The notes under the pieces are model-generated. The model was not told the origin of the DNA. It saw nothing but the letters and a program-made list of their open reading frames with translations, and did no database searches. From Bigelowiella natans CCMP2755 (Eukaryota; Protista; Cercozoa), in contig ADNK01001814.1 in the NCBI GenBank assembly GCA_000320545.1, forward strand, positions 1-64,000: a DNA stretch of 64,000 nt, written 5' to 3'. Positions 51,895 through 64,000 of this stretch are shown piece after piece. The stretch's first letter is position 1. The number at the start of each line of letters is the position of its first letter. The translations under genes were made by a program, and so were the position numbers.

Positions 51895-52390
51895 TCATCA
51901 CCATCATGATTACTGCAACGATCATATTCCTCTCTATCTATCCCGTACGTTCATCGCGCTCTCCTGCAGGCGTAGACGCTTCTCGTTCCTCCGCGCCAGA
52001 TGCCTGGAATGGCCGTTTGCGCCTGAGCTGCTGCTGCTGCTGCTGCTGCTGCAGGTTCGTCCTCTCCTCCCCCTCGTGAGCCTGATATCCCTGAAGGCCA
52101 AACGCTCGCTGCTGCTGCAGGCCTATTACTGGCTTGAACATGCGCAAGGGGGTGATACGGTTAATGTCGTACTTCTTGCAGGAAACCACTTTGCGGTTGA
52201 CTGGGGGTTTCTCTGCTGTGCCTGAAGCGGTGCTGGTGGACGCGAGGGAGGGCGAGGGGGATGGGGAGGAGAATGCCAGCTGCCGCCGCCGCTGCTGCTG
52301 CTGCTGTTGTTGTTGTTGTTGTTGCGGCGTTTGCTGTCCGAGTCCACTAAGAATAGGAGTTGAGTATTAGTTGCGTGTGTTCAGAACAGC

Positions 52391-52438
<48 letters not shown>

Positions 52439-53342
52439 TTTTACATATTTATATCTGTACCGGAAAGAGTAAGGGAGGGGAAGAGATAGAAGCGACAACA
52501 ACTTTAGAAAGAATGCAACCTTAAGGCAGGAACTTTTTCCACCCCTGTGATTCTCTTCGATTTCCAGTTTGGCGTGTCTGACGGTCTGAGCTGCAGCTGT
52601 TGCTTTTCCTCCTCCGTTGGCAGTGCCCGGAGGGCGGAGGACGATGTCTGTGTCTGCAATCTGATAGTGCTATACCCATCACGGACGTTCTCATTGCCTC
52701 CTAGTTCTGACAATGCTATAGATGGTCTCGTAGTAAGCTGCCCAAGCTTCATCAACTTGTCGTCCCGAGCACTGTTAATTTGGGTTCGTATTAATATGAA
52801 TTCTATCGTCTTGTTATCATAATTATCATCATCAATCGTTATCATCGATCTCCTCTGCTGCTTTCTAAGCTCTTAGTTCCCATATACACAGAGTTGTGGT
52901 AGCAAGTTTCAGACATGCACATCATCCTTAGACGTAGTTATGAATGTTCAGGAGTATTCTAAATTAAATGAAGTATCAATGCCGAATATGCGACTACCTG
53001 AGAGCTGCTTCGAGTGTGGGGAAAGATCCCAAGAACCCTCCATTCTTACGGCTGAGGCGGACTCGGTACACGCCGAATTGAAACGATATGTACTTATGGC
53101 CAGTAGAGCGATATCCGGTTTTGCTCCCCGGCTGTACCTCTCCAGTTTGTGTTGTTGTTGTCGTCGCTTTCATCGCTGCCACAGCGCCTGTGGACGCCAT
53201 TGCTGTCTTCGTTTCTGCGACGACGAAGGGCAGCGTTGAAGCAGCACTGGGCTGTACCTCCCGCTTTATCCGTCCTACAGGCTGAATGGGGAGCTCAACG
53301 TCTGAAGATCCCGACGACAATGTGCCCGAGAAGCTGGATTTT
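49094..53342 (-). CDS. Atypical E2F (E2F7/8 or DEL-like, two DNA-binding domains) fused to AP2-like and SAM domains; true start lies further upstream
   Basis: In-frame splicing links the AP2-like TGHKYISFQFGVYRVRLSRKNGGFLGSFPTLEAAL|SARDDKL, the SAM-like IISKLGAFEAEDLWALSRQDLIDICGLHN|GIVIYRRM, DBD1 YSRKENSLGTLCARF...RRRM|YDIVNILESVGVV...VWHG and DBD2 GLGQLTKQFVQMF...KRRLYDIIN|VLVS...LIWCG. Stop TGA at 49094-49096. Confidence 0.88.
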
Positions 53343-53960
53343 CTATTGAAGGAAATGATATGTGTAAGTAGTGGAGGAGATGGAGGGAGGGATGGCGTTG
53401 AAACATGTTTCCATCCGCAAAGGGTTAACTATGCCTCCCCATGCAAACAAACACCCGATGACTGCCGTGCACCTTTGCTCAGTCCGAGGCATAATCTTTC
53501 ACAACTGGGACGTCTGATGGGTTTTGGGGGGGCAAGGAGGGGGGCAAGATCATTCCTCATTTTTGATACAACAAAGAAACTAGCAGCATGTGTTTACTTC
53601 GGGGTTGCCTGACCAAGCATGATCAAACCTCCCCACAAACCACCGAACTGTCAACGACCGCCAAACCATGGGCGGTGTAGAGCCTCAGAGCAAGAGCGGA
53701 GTAAGCTCCGACAAGTACTCCGCCCTCCACCAGCACCCCGGATTGCGTTCGACAGAAACCGGGGCTCAGGGGCCCATTAGCATGCAATTCAGTGTCATCT
53801 CATGGAGGCAGGTGCCTGAAGCCACCCTGTAGCCTCTAGGATAGCATAATTATTGCCTATCTAGCCTATTTTCTGACCACGGGGTGGGGGGGGAGATACC
53901 TTGGAACTACAGGGCTATGTCCACTGGTAGCTTATGAGATTCAGAGGTGAGGTACAATGT

Positions 53961-54237
53961 ATTCGCGGGAATTCATACTTCCTACGACTTCCAAAGATTC
54001 ATGTCGCAACTGGAAAATCAACATCATTTAGCGACAAAAAGCCATTTCGCGGGAAAAAAAACACAAACCGAAACGCTTTTGGCGGGGGTCAGGCCTGCAC
54101 CCAGCTTTCCCGGAAAAACTTCCGAAATCCGATATCCTTTCATTTTCCCGCTGCGACAGGGTATGCGCGCGTCCGAATTGGGACATGCCGCCGAAAACTG
54201 ATCCAAAACCCTTTCGCGCGTCATCGGGACCGGGAAA
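53961..54237. promoter_or_regulatory. Cluster of E2F consensus sites in the divergent promoter region
   Basis: TTTCGCGGGAAA (54045-54056, a site on each strand), TTTGGCGG (54078), TTTCCCGG (54106), TTTCCCGC (54144), TTTCGCGC (54212), CCGGGAAA (54230). Confidence 0.65.
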
Positions 54238-54434
54238 GAGCGGGAGCTTTAATCTCCTAGAAATTCTGTTTGATCCTCGGAATCCAAGCGGAGCCCAAGC
54301 GGAGCCCAAAAACATCGTATTCTCACCTACGGAGCCCATCGGAATCCATAAAAGTCGAAGGACGAGATTTGAGCCAGCCCGCGCCAGCTTCCCGCAGCCC
54401 GCCCGAACACTCAGCGGATGGAGGGGGGGAGGAG

Positions 54435-56186
54435 ATGAACAGAGCATTTGCATTCCTCTTTACGGCAGCACTGGTGTCTTTAGATGTGTCGAGGGAAAGG
54501 GCGGGATCTGCAACCAGAGGAAGAGGAAGGAGGTGAGGATGTCGCCGGGGTTGATTCGAATTGCAATTGCATTTCTAATTTCATTATTCGTCTGTTTTTT
54601 GTTACGAGCAGCATGATCTATCGCTTGTTTCGAATCAAGGGAGGAAATAAGGCTGATATTCCACCACTGGTCCCTGAGATGACTATGTACTCGAAATGGG
54701 ACGGTTTGGAGGTACGATCATTGCATATGATTCATAGATCGCCGGTCTTCACTTGGCCACGTCTGTGCAGACGACCTCGGACGATAAGGAAGAAACGCAG
54801 AAAGCTTCAGCTAAATCAGAGAAGGAGATGCGCATCCCCGACGGCATGCGGATAAAAAAAGGCGACGGAGAGGTCGCGCCGAGCAACTTCGTTTTGATAA
54901 AAACTTATGCCGATATTGCTAATCCACGCACTCGCCGACAGGATGCAAGAGTGAACATATATATATTCGTGCTCATGTGTATCAGGAGTTGATACAAGCA
55001 GTACAAGCTCGGGATCTGCGTCGTTCAATCAGGCTGCTGGAAGAAAGACCCTCGATTGTAGCTGAGGTTGCAGCTGGAAACACCGACCTCATAGATGCAA
55101 TACGAAGCCATCCAGACATAGAAAAGGCCTTTAGGAAAGTTTCGAAGAATCTCGGGTAAGAACCATCGAAAAGACCACAACTGGGAACCGGGGGGCGTGT
55201 GTAACTTGGGATGTCGTCGTAATTCGTTTATTTACGCTCAGGAATGGGACGTTCGGAGAAACATTTCTACGAGCCCACCAAATACTTCAACGTAAAAAAG
55301 GCGACGAAGATGCTTTATAGCAGCAGCCGCGAATGAAACATGTGCATCGTTATTTCTCTCTTACTTGCGGATGAGTGATGCACGAGAAAAGCAGACGTTT
55401 TAAAAAAATAAACTTTTGACTTTGTTTTTCCCGGTAGATGTGAATATCGAAGAGGATGCGAGGCGAAGCAACTTCAGCGGTAGGAGTAGTCGATGGAAAT
55501 AATGCTCAATATAGAGATTGTCCCTCCCCTTCTTCACATCTCTTGGTCTCCAAATGTAGCGTCTTGATATTATCTCCCCTGCGACCCCCTCAGGCGTCTG
55601 GGTGCTCAATTTATATCGAGAAGACAGTACATTGGTAGGCAGTAGCAATATCAAATGGGCGCGGAGCTCGCAATTTATGTTATTTTTCATTTGCGAAGAG
55701 AGTAGGAGGGGGGAAGGGGGTGCGGAGATCCCACACATGTCATTCACGGCTTGCGCGGCTGCTATCATTCAAGCGTCAGATTCTAGTTACCGACATTTCT
55801 AGATCATTCACAAGGAAATTACGAGGCAATCACCGTCAATCTTAGGTGGGAACGTATATCATGGACCTCTCCTGTGAGAGGGAGTCAGGCCGCGTCGCTG
55901 GCGTGGGGGTGATGGAGGGGTTCGAAGTTGATTGGAGGTAGTAGTGTGCCGACAGCAAGCGATGATGACGACGAAGATGATAATGATGGTTTATGACTCT
56001 ATCAAACCTGATGTATCACGTTGTTCGCCAGGGGCATATTCGATGGCCGCACCCTCGACTGTAAGCTGCGGCGGAAGAACCAACGGTCTCTCCCCACTGC
56101 TTTAAGAGCTAAGGTATTATGAATAGATACACACAAATAATGTTATTCGTTGGTGTAACGAATGAGAAAGAGACAGAGAAAGAGAG

Positions 56187-56230
<44 letters not shown>

Positions 56231-58242
56231 ATAAGATGACAAAGATAACAGTCTGATCCCTGCCTTTTCGCCTCCCACCCCCCGCCCCCCTCCCTACGTC
56301 AGTGGAAGGCAGAGAACGCCACGTTCGAGGGACGGTGGAGAGAGCCCGTCGAGATATTGAGCGGCGATGAAGCTACACGGAAAGAAGGGCAAGGGCGAGC
56401 TGGTCGCATCGTAATGTTTAAGGGCCACACAGGGCTCGTCGCGCAAGCGCACATCATGCTTCAACGAGCCAACGACATCGGTGATAATGACTCTCGAATG
56501 TATCATGCATATCCTTCCCCGGTTGCATTCACGCCTCGGATCCTGGCGTGGGCCTCTACTGAGCATCGTTGGTTCTTAATTTGCGGTCAATAATCGCAGA
56601 AAAACGCGCAGCCGAAATCTCTCGCAGGGAGGCGGCACTCCTCTTTATAACTCGTAGACTCAATCTCACGGCCAGGTAAGGGCCGAGAACACCCTAGCAG
56701 CACTATATTTCAAAAAATGAGGGGGAAAGGGGGAAAGGGGGAAAGGGGGGAGGGGGGGGGAGGGGGACAAAGAGAAATCCTGCAATGATTAAAATCCGAC
56801 TGTAAAGATAGAATGACATTTATTTTCTTGCGAAACAAATAATTAATAGTGCATGGGAACGGCTTTGGGAGGATGCACTTGACTGTGTTGGTGTCGAGGG
56901 GGGGGGGGAGGACAGTATAGCTGCAGTTGCGGCTAAGAACCGCCTTCCGTTTTGGACCGATGTTGATGAGCAATCTGCCAAATCATCAAAGCTAGTCGAG
57001 GTGTCAAGGAATAATATATGATGTATCAAAAAACATATTTCAATATATATATTATATTGTGCGTATTGAATCTTGTTGCGCATGCGAGTTGGGGGGGGAG
57101 GGGATGAGCAGTGTGTGATATATATTTTATTGCCTTCTCCATATCGCAGATTTTCCTTCCCCGCCCCCTCCCAATCCACACAGAGGTTGCGTTTCGAATA
57201 TCTTGTTGCCAGGCGCAGGGCTATCGTGAGGCGGCCGAAAAGCGACTAAGGGAATTGACTCATATGAAGAAACGCCTTATCGAAAGAGAGCAGGTGTTGT
57301 GAAACCTACCATGCTGTTTCTTCAGGCTCTATCCTCCGAAGCTTTCTCTCGTTCTTAGACTTTCAAAAGCCCCGCAGAAAATACTAATACATGGCGTGGT
57401 GAACCAGTCGTTACAGACGCAAATCGGCAACGTGCAAAAGGACAAGGATCGTATCGAGGAATATCGTAGAATTCTGAACAAGCGCGAGAAGAACCTCAGG
57501 GCGGCGGAGGAGGAGCTGGAAGAAGGGAGGCGGCGAATGGAAGCAGAAAAGGCTCAGCTTCGGCACTATGCTGATTCACAGCTTCCATTGAACGAGACAG
57601 CTGACCAAATAAGTAATCTGCAGCTCCTTCACGACGGCACCAATGGAAGAAGATGCGCTCAAAAGGTAGGCTATTCTAGACATCAGAGCTTCAATTTCAT
57701 TCCAAAACTTAAAAACCCTCGTCTTTCAAACTTTCAGCCGACGCCATCGACGTGGTGCTGGGAGGACTGGCTTGCCAGTTTGCCGGGGGATCAAAGAGAT
57801 GCGATGCTGTGCTTTGTGGATGGAGAAATTCCGACGCTTCAAGATTTAGTGCTAATAGGCTACGAGGTATTGCTCATTCGTCTATACTATCGGTTTAAAT
57901 CGCAATGTGATTTCCCCAAAAAACTGAGCTCATCGCCCTTTTTAAACTGATATGAAAACATAGCTAATGATAGTGATACGTCGTTGACTTTTCTATTACC
58001 CGTCATTTCTGCCTTCCCTCCTTCGTTGCATAACATCTTCTCTCCTGAATAATATCACTAAACAACAAAAACGCAGCTTAGGAGACCGCTCTGTATCGTA
58101 ATTCGTTACTACTTTTGCTTTCCACGATGACAGAGGATTTTGCAATGTTTTACAGGACTTAATCGACTTTCCTTTTCCGCCTAGACTTGCCGAGAGATTG
58201 TGGAATAGTATCAATAAGCTGTGCGATCCCTACAAAGCATGA
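54435..58242 (+). CDS. Coiled-coil protein with possible signal peptide, YSKWD motif and C-terminal SAM-like domain
   Basis: MNRAFAFLFTAALVSL...|MIYRLFRIKGG...MYSKWDGLE|TTSDDKEE; coiled coil RIEEYRRILNKREKNLRAAEEELEEGRRR; SAM-like WCWEDWLASLP...FVDGEIPTLQDLVLIGYE|DLIDFPFPPRLAERLWNSINKL; stop TGA at 58240-58242. Confidence 0.6.
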
Positions 58243-58329
58243 TCTTGCTTGTTTAGCCTTCAAGCTGAGTGTCAGAGTCAATGACCGTCTAGCCGTGTTA
58301 GCATTTTAGAGTTACAGTTTTATTCCCAC

Positions 58330-58740
58330 ATGCCGATGCAATTGTGCGGTATGGTCAATGCTTGTTGGAAAATCTTTGCATCTAGATGCAGTCGCTTAGA
58401 TGGCAAGATGGCCACACTAGCACGCATCCCAACTTGCTAGCTTGCGTGCACGAGTACGTGCATCCATCACTAGCTAGCTAGCTCAGCACAGCTGCTAGAC
58501 AGCAGCTAAAGCTAGATAGGCAGGCAGCAGATCTTGCTTTCGCTCGGGCTTGCGCACCTAGTTTTGCTACCTCGCTAGCTAGCTAGCTCGCTACACTCTA
58601 GCGTTGGTGAGAGCGCATCGTTCAACGCCCATTACTTTCAATGTTAATATCACTAGTTCACGTGGTTCCTGCGCGCGCGCTCCGTTTGTGGCTCCGTTTT
58701 TTTGCAGCATGCTAGCATGTACCGTGCTTATACAACAATG
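58330..58740. other. Small TpA-eroded, CTAG-rich island between convergent genes
   Basis: Repeated CTAG and (CTAG)n words; residual TA mostly in TAG or CTA context. Confidence 0.75.
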
Positions 58741-58911
58741 CACATCTTGTTCTGACTTTCATTCTTTAGAAAGTGATGAAAATAAGGACGTACAAAATTT
58801 ATATTTTGGATCGATCCCCGTTAGATTAAAGGAACAAGTAGATCTGTGCATATAGTTTTCTGTTCAAATTTGTTTTTTGATACCTATTTGCGATGTGGCG
58901 AACTAGAGTAC

Positions 58912-61900
58912 TTAGGGCGCATAGCGTTGGGCAAGATTTTTCTTTCGGGTTTCAGCCATGATCCTTTCCGTTGCATAAACATGGTCACTTCGATTCGCCT
59001 TAATCAGGGCTTGTAACGCTTTTACCCATCTTTTAGGAACATATGCAGCACACATCACATCATGTGCTTGTCATACGTGTGTGATGTTGACGTTTTGGTG
59101 TGTTTGTGTGTGTATACATGTTTCAAAATGCAATTCTACATGAAAACTAACGATTCCACAAACGCCTGTAGCCGTGCAATACACGACCAAAAATAAAATA
59201 TCCGTGCTCAATAATTACAAAATTGAATTTGTTTACAACATAAGATAAATGAATCTAAGCTGTTTCGATGACAACGAAGTACTTATCGCGAACAGATTCC
59301 GAGGGACACTCCATGCTCAGCACCGCATCTTCCCTGGAGGAGATTGTGTTATCGTGTTATCGACTTATCATTGACTTGTGGAACATCCCTTGTTTTGGCA
59401 CGTTTATGCATGCACATTATCGAATAGAAAATGCCCTTATCGAATGCAAACATCACAGAAAACATTTGGATTCTATGAAGGCACCCATAGATTGAGAAGG
59501 TCCTTGCATCAAGAGCCACGCGCGACTTGAAGCCTCCCTTTTTCTTCCCGCTAACGGCCTTTGAATCGAAGATGACGAATAAAATCAAAAGCATATGAGG
59601 TGCATTTGGGACAATTTTTCTGTAAAATGCAGGAGGTTTCACAGAAGAGGCGTACCGGCGCTGATGCTCCAGATTTCACGCGCCGCATCTTCCACACCCC
59701 CATTGATTTCTTGACTTGGGGATTCGAGGGATTAGACCTTCAACGAATGTGATAAATAATAGCAAAGATGGATTTATAATTTTGCTTTATTCGAAGAAAC
59801 ATGGACAACTTCGGACGGAATATGAAGTAATGGCCTGGAGAACAAGCCAACTGTTTTGAACAACTAAATGGGATGAGAACCATAACAAACGCTTGAGATC
59901 ACGGCGTATTTGAAGATGCGCGTCTTCGATTCTCTTCGAGTCACGGTGCCACTAGTGACAAAAAAGACAAGACCGGCATTTGAGCAAAGGAATTCTCCGG
60001 CCGTTTAATCAAAAATAGCTAGACAAGATATTAGCGCATATATTGTGACAGCATGTGCATACGCATGTGAATAAATGACGGTGTATGGATTTTTGTCGGT
60101 GTTATTGTTAATATTTGGCTTGTGGTATTGCCTTAAGGATCTCCCCGCTTACGAGGAAGTTTCGGTAACGAGAGGGGAGTTTGTATGCCTCCTATAATCG
60201 TGAGAAATAGGTAAATAGGACGCAATGTAGGGTAGCAACAATGAAAGGGGTTAAATATTTAATGTCGAAGATATACGCGTTAAGTACATGTATAAGTTGT
60301 TTGCTCAAGGTGCTGCTTTTACATCGTTTCGTTCAAATAATGTATTTACCGTCTGCTTCCGATCTAAATCCCCAAATCGTGCACGCGCTGAGGGACCTAT
60401 TCCAAGGTCGATCTCGGTTTCCTGATGATGGTGATCATGCAGATATTTCAATCGAGTGGTCTCCAACCACCACATTTCTCTCTCTTATAAATCTTTCAAA
60501 ATCATACAAGAACAACTACACAGATGCGTTATTCCATCGAGCCCACAGTCAAATTACAAACCAGCATCTTATCAACGTCGCCAAGATCCAGCTTCGGTGT
60601 CAAAATGGCCTTCACAACCCTTTATGAGAGACATGATTCATCACTTCGATAACCAATATCGTCGTTATCGATGGTGGTTAATAATTCACATTTTATCGTT
60701 CTTAACCTATCGCATTCTCGGCCGATCTCACCAAATTTTGCCCATCGAAGCTTGCAATCCCTTATGGTATTGTTGTCACGATATTGTCATGAATGCTGCC
60801 TCTCATACGATTTCCTCATAATTCTCGTTTACCCACCTCAATTCTGTAATCGTGTTTTGATCCTTCATTAGGGTTTTCACCTTGTTCTAGCGAAAACAAC
60901 ACAAACTTGCTTCATCTGAACAAATTCAGCGCGTTTTATTTGCATGTCTTACCGTCGATATCGCGGCATTATACAGCACTTCTAGTACCGTATGAGTCAC
61001 TACTTCGTCAATCGCGTCTCCTATGAAGAGTCAATTTGAAGGGAAAAATAGGATCTAAGGGCCATACACGAGCACGTAAACGCACACAATGCAAATACTC
61101 GCACGTGTATATTGTTTGTATGCAAGATAAGAAAGGCCTAATCTTTTATTATTTATCATTTGATTCGTTAAAGGATATACAGGGAGCATACCGAGTCGGT
61201 TCACGATGGTTATCAGAATAGGCGTTTTCAGAAGCCCAATCTCCGCAGCATGCATCTACTCCAATATTAGTGTTCAAGATGAAAATACAATATTAGTCTG
61301 CGATAACTGATGATAATGATGATGATGATGATAAAGTCATATGTACAAAATCATACCTGTAAGAAGAGGTTGGATAGAAACGTCATAATTTTGAGCAGGA
61401 ATGATGCATCCTTATAATGCTCCTTGATAGCATTACGAGCGAGCTAGTAGGCACAAATGTGTATTAGAAATAAACGATTGTGAACATACACATTTTGATA
61501 AAAATATGATTGACTATTAAACACTGAAATCCAATCAATTACCGTCACCGTCAAACCCTATCCCTCCCCCCCCCTCTCTCTCTCTGCCACACCCACACGC
61601 ACGCACAAACACACTCCGACCTCGCACGTCTTCTTCGCAATAGCAACACTAGCCTTGCTAGATGACGTCAACGCAGTGAGAGCGGAGAAACAGTTTCTGC
61701 TCGGTAGACCGTTGTATAGCAATTAAAATGTAAATATTTCTGAGGCTAATCAAAATACGTTGAAACGCATATAAATAAAATATTCAATATGCTTTGGCCA
61801 TATGGGTACGGCGACAACACATTGCCTTGCCTTAAAACTGGGATCTCATCCGGAAACTCAAGGACAATCTTCACGATGCGAGGAATCACTGTTGATGCAA

Positions 61901-63217
61901 CCTAAATTTAAGGAATATTGCATGTATTTCCGTGTGTGCGGAGGCGTGTATTTATATACAGCTCATAACACATAAAACTACGTTTATGTTGTATGCTGTT
62001 GCAGCACCTTCTCAGCAAGCTGTGGAATTGTGCATATTCGCTCGCATGTATGAAGATACTTATGAAGGAGCGGCAGTGTGTCAGAATACCTGAGCAAGAA
62101 TGATGACGCCAAGTTTGAAATATTGGTTTGAGTGGACACAAGTACAGTTCTCTTTCGAAAAATATCAGGTATACAAAATTATGCATTAACAGCTATTTTG
62201 TTGCGTGGTAGTACGTTTCAACAAGCTCGGACATTTCCACCATTATCCTCGAGTTGGCCAAAGTACCTAGGATGTCATTTACATGTGAGGAGAATGAAAG
62301 GCATCTAAACAAGTCCATCCAATGTGTCACTTCGACCAAGTGCTCAGATGATAATTCGTGGATATAAACACAAACTACTATACTTAAATCTTGATACGCG
62401 TAAGGCGATTGCCAAACAGTCATGTTAGCCGTTGATATTCATGGCTATAAATCCTTCCTTTCTCTTTTGTGGTAAGAAAATAACCCTCCTCCCTCCCTCG
62501 CATATTCATTCATTACTTAAATTAGCATTGTTGTGAGCCAGCGTCTCTACCAACCTGTATGTAGTAAGCATATTGCTGTGTACACGCATAATTTATGTGC
62601 AAAGGATAGTACATAAAATCTCGACTCGCATATGTGCAGGATCTTTGTGCGCGCAGATAAATAGTAATCATGGAAATGTATCGCCAAATTTTTTTATCAA
62701 AAATTCTAATTTTGGGACCCGACTGCGCTGACGCAAAAGTGCTCATCATAGTTTAAATTGCCTGGGAAAATAAGGAAAAATGTTACGAGCTCCTTGGTCT
62801 CAAAACAAACTCTTGAAACCATCGCGAGAAAGCATTTAGTGAAAAATAAGCAGAAAACTTAAACTTTATCAGCAATTTATCATCTTAGTTTTGGCGCCTT
62901 TGGCCGCTTACTGATTGCCTCCGAAATAGTGTCAACGAGTCCCATTCTTGTGATGATGTTTGATATTCCAATGTCTCTGTGCGTTTGTATTAATATGGTC
63001 GATAAGAAAACTAAACTTGCTTCTAATCGAGTCTCTTGGTCTCGTGCATTTACTTTGATACAATTGTTCATATTCAAAGCCTACATCAAAAAAACACAGA
63101 TTTGCGAACGATGTATTACTTGGCAAATATGGCGAGGCAGTCCAACGCAGGAACCATCACGGCTGCATTATCTCCATACCTGCAATACACCACAAGAAAC
63201 GATTTTAAATAATATAA

Positions 63218-63257
<40 letters not shown>

Positions 63258-63900
63258 TGTTAAAATGTTTACATTAAAATATTAGTAAAACCTTGAAATG
63301 CAAGCAACCATTGATTTATGCGCGTTCTCTGCGATTATCATGCCCATCGCCTCTAGATAATCAGCCGAGAGAAGATATCAACATCACATTTTGGGAAAAA
63401 TTCCCGAAGTTTGACGTAAATTGCCTCACAGGTAAACGAAAACAGGAACTATTCTTAAGAGAACATCTGGGTTGGCACAAAATAATGGGTTAGCATATCT
63501 CACCCGTGTTCTTCGTAGCGTGTCTTGCTAGCCTGGAGTAGGAAGTGTGAGACGATTGACAAAGCAAACGCGCACGAATCAACTATTATATCACATATGC
63601 TCGCTGTCTAGATATATGAGTGAACGAAAACGGTGACACGGTGACCCCACTCTGATGCACAGGAACACACAGCAGCACACACACGCATTCAATGCATTGA
63701 CAAAAAGAAAATCAAAATGCGTTCAACGCTCCTACTCGCATGTTAAAGTAAATAGATAACATCCCTGTACTGATGTACTTGCTGCATATAGAAGTGGTTT
63801 GGTAATTCGATAAAGATCTCATATGCATCATGTTGGTACCGTTGAAAAACCCGAATCGCCGTAACGACAACATCGAGGCGCGTTTCATCTAGAAAAGCAA
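58912..63900 (-). CDS. Armadillo-like repeat protein with a C-terminal PH domain; probably continues beyond the window
   Basis: Helical repeats VASTVIPRIVKIVLEFPDEIPVLR|NCFSALTAL and LARNAIKEHYKDASFLLKIMTFLSNL. PH domain FLVSGEILK|WHRD...HLQIRRDLK...KMRRVKSG...TFSIYG|EDAVLSMECPSESVRDK|WVKALQALI. Stop TAA at 58912-58914. Confidence 0.75.
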
Positions 63901-64000
63901 CCATGGATTATGTATATCATGGATTATGTATCGCGTTTACAATGTGCGTGCAGCATATATTTCAATCGATTTCGTGTTTATTCTCCATATCTTCACATTT

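Noticed and set aside
54185-54616. 143-aa ORF as the start of the plus-strand gene
   Set aside because: It overlaps the E2F-site cluster and does not splice in frame as well as the ATG at 54435.
1-64000. tRNA, rRNA, telomeric arrays, intact transposases
   Set aside because: None recognised by eye; tRNAscan-SE, Infernal and RepeatModeler would be needed to exclude them.

Overview
Intron-rich eukaryotic nuclear DNA with microsatellite-laden GT-AG introns. It is probably a chlorarachniophyte-type alga; this is inferred from a leader-bearing, virus-type DNA polymerase and is not proven. Gene models spliced by hand: an LPMO-like/TM/WW membrane protein (-), a 21-exon NCLDV-type family-B DNA polymerase with a bipartite-looking leader (+), a broken REJ-domain gene (-), a giant-virus SWIB remnant (-), an LRAT-domain gene (+) with a degraded tandem copy, RPA3 (-), a TBC/EF-hand/C2 protein (+), an AP2-SAM-double-E2F transcription factor (-), a coiled-coil/SAM protein (+) and an ARM/PH protein (-). 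The most striking signal is not a gene. Several sharply bounded 0.4-3 kb islands, mostly downstream of convergent genes and containing duplicated or viral DNA, have lost almost every TpA dinucleotide except those inside CTAG, while CpG persists. Paired copies differ by TA/TG/CA changes and 4-bp duplications. This looks like a RIP-like A:T-to-G:C hypermutation process targeting 5'-TAH-3', for which I know no described mechanism. All counts are manual and all domain calls are by motif recognition without database searches.
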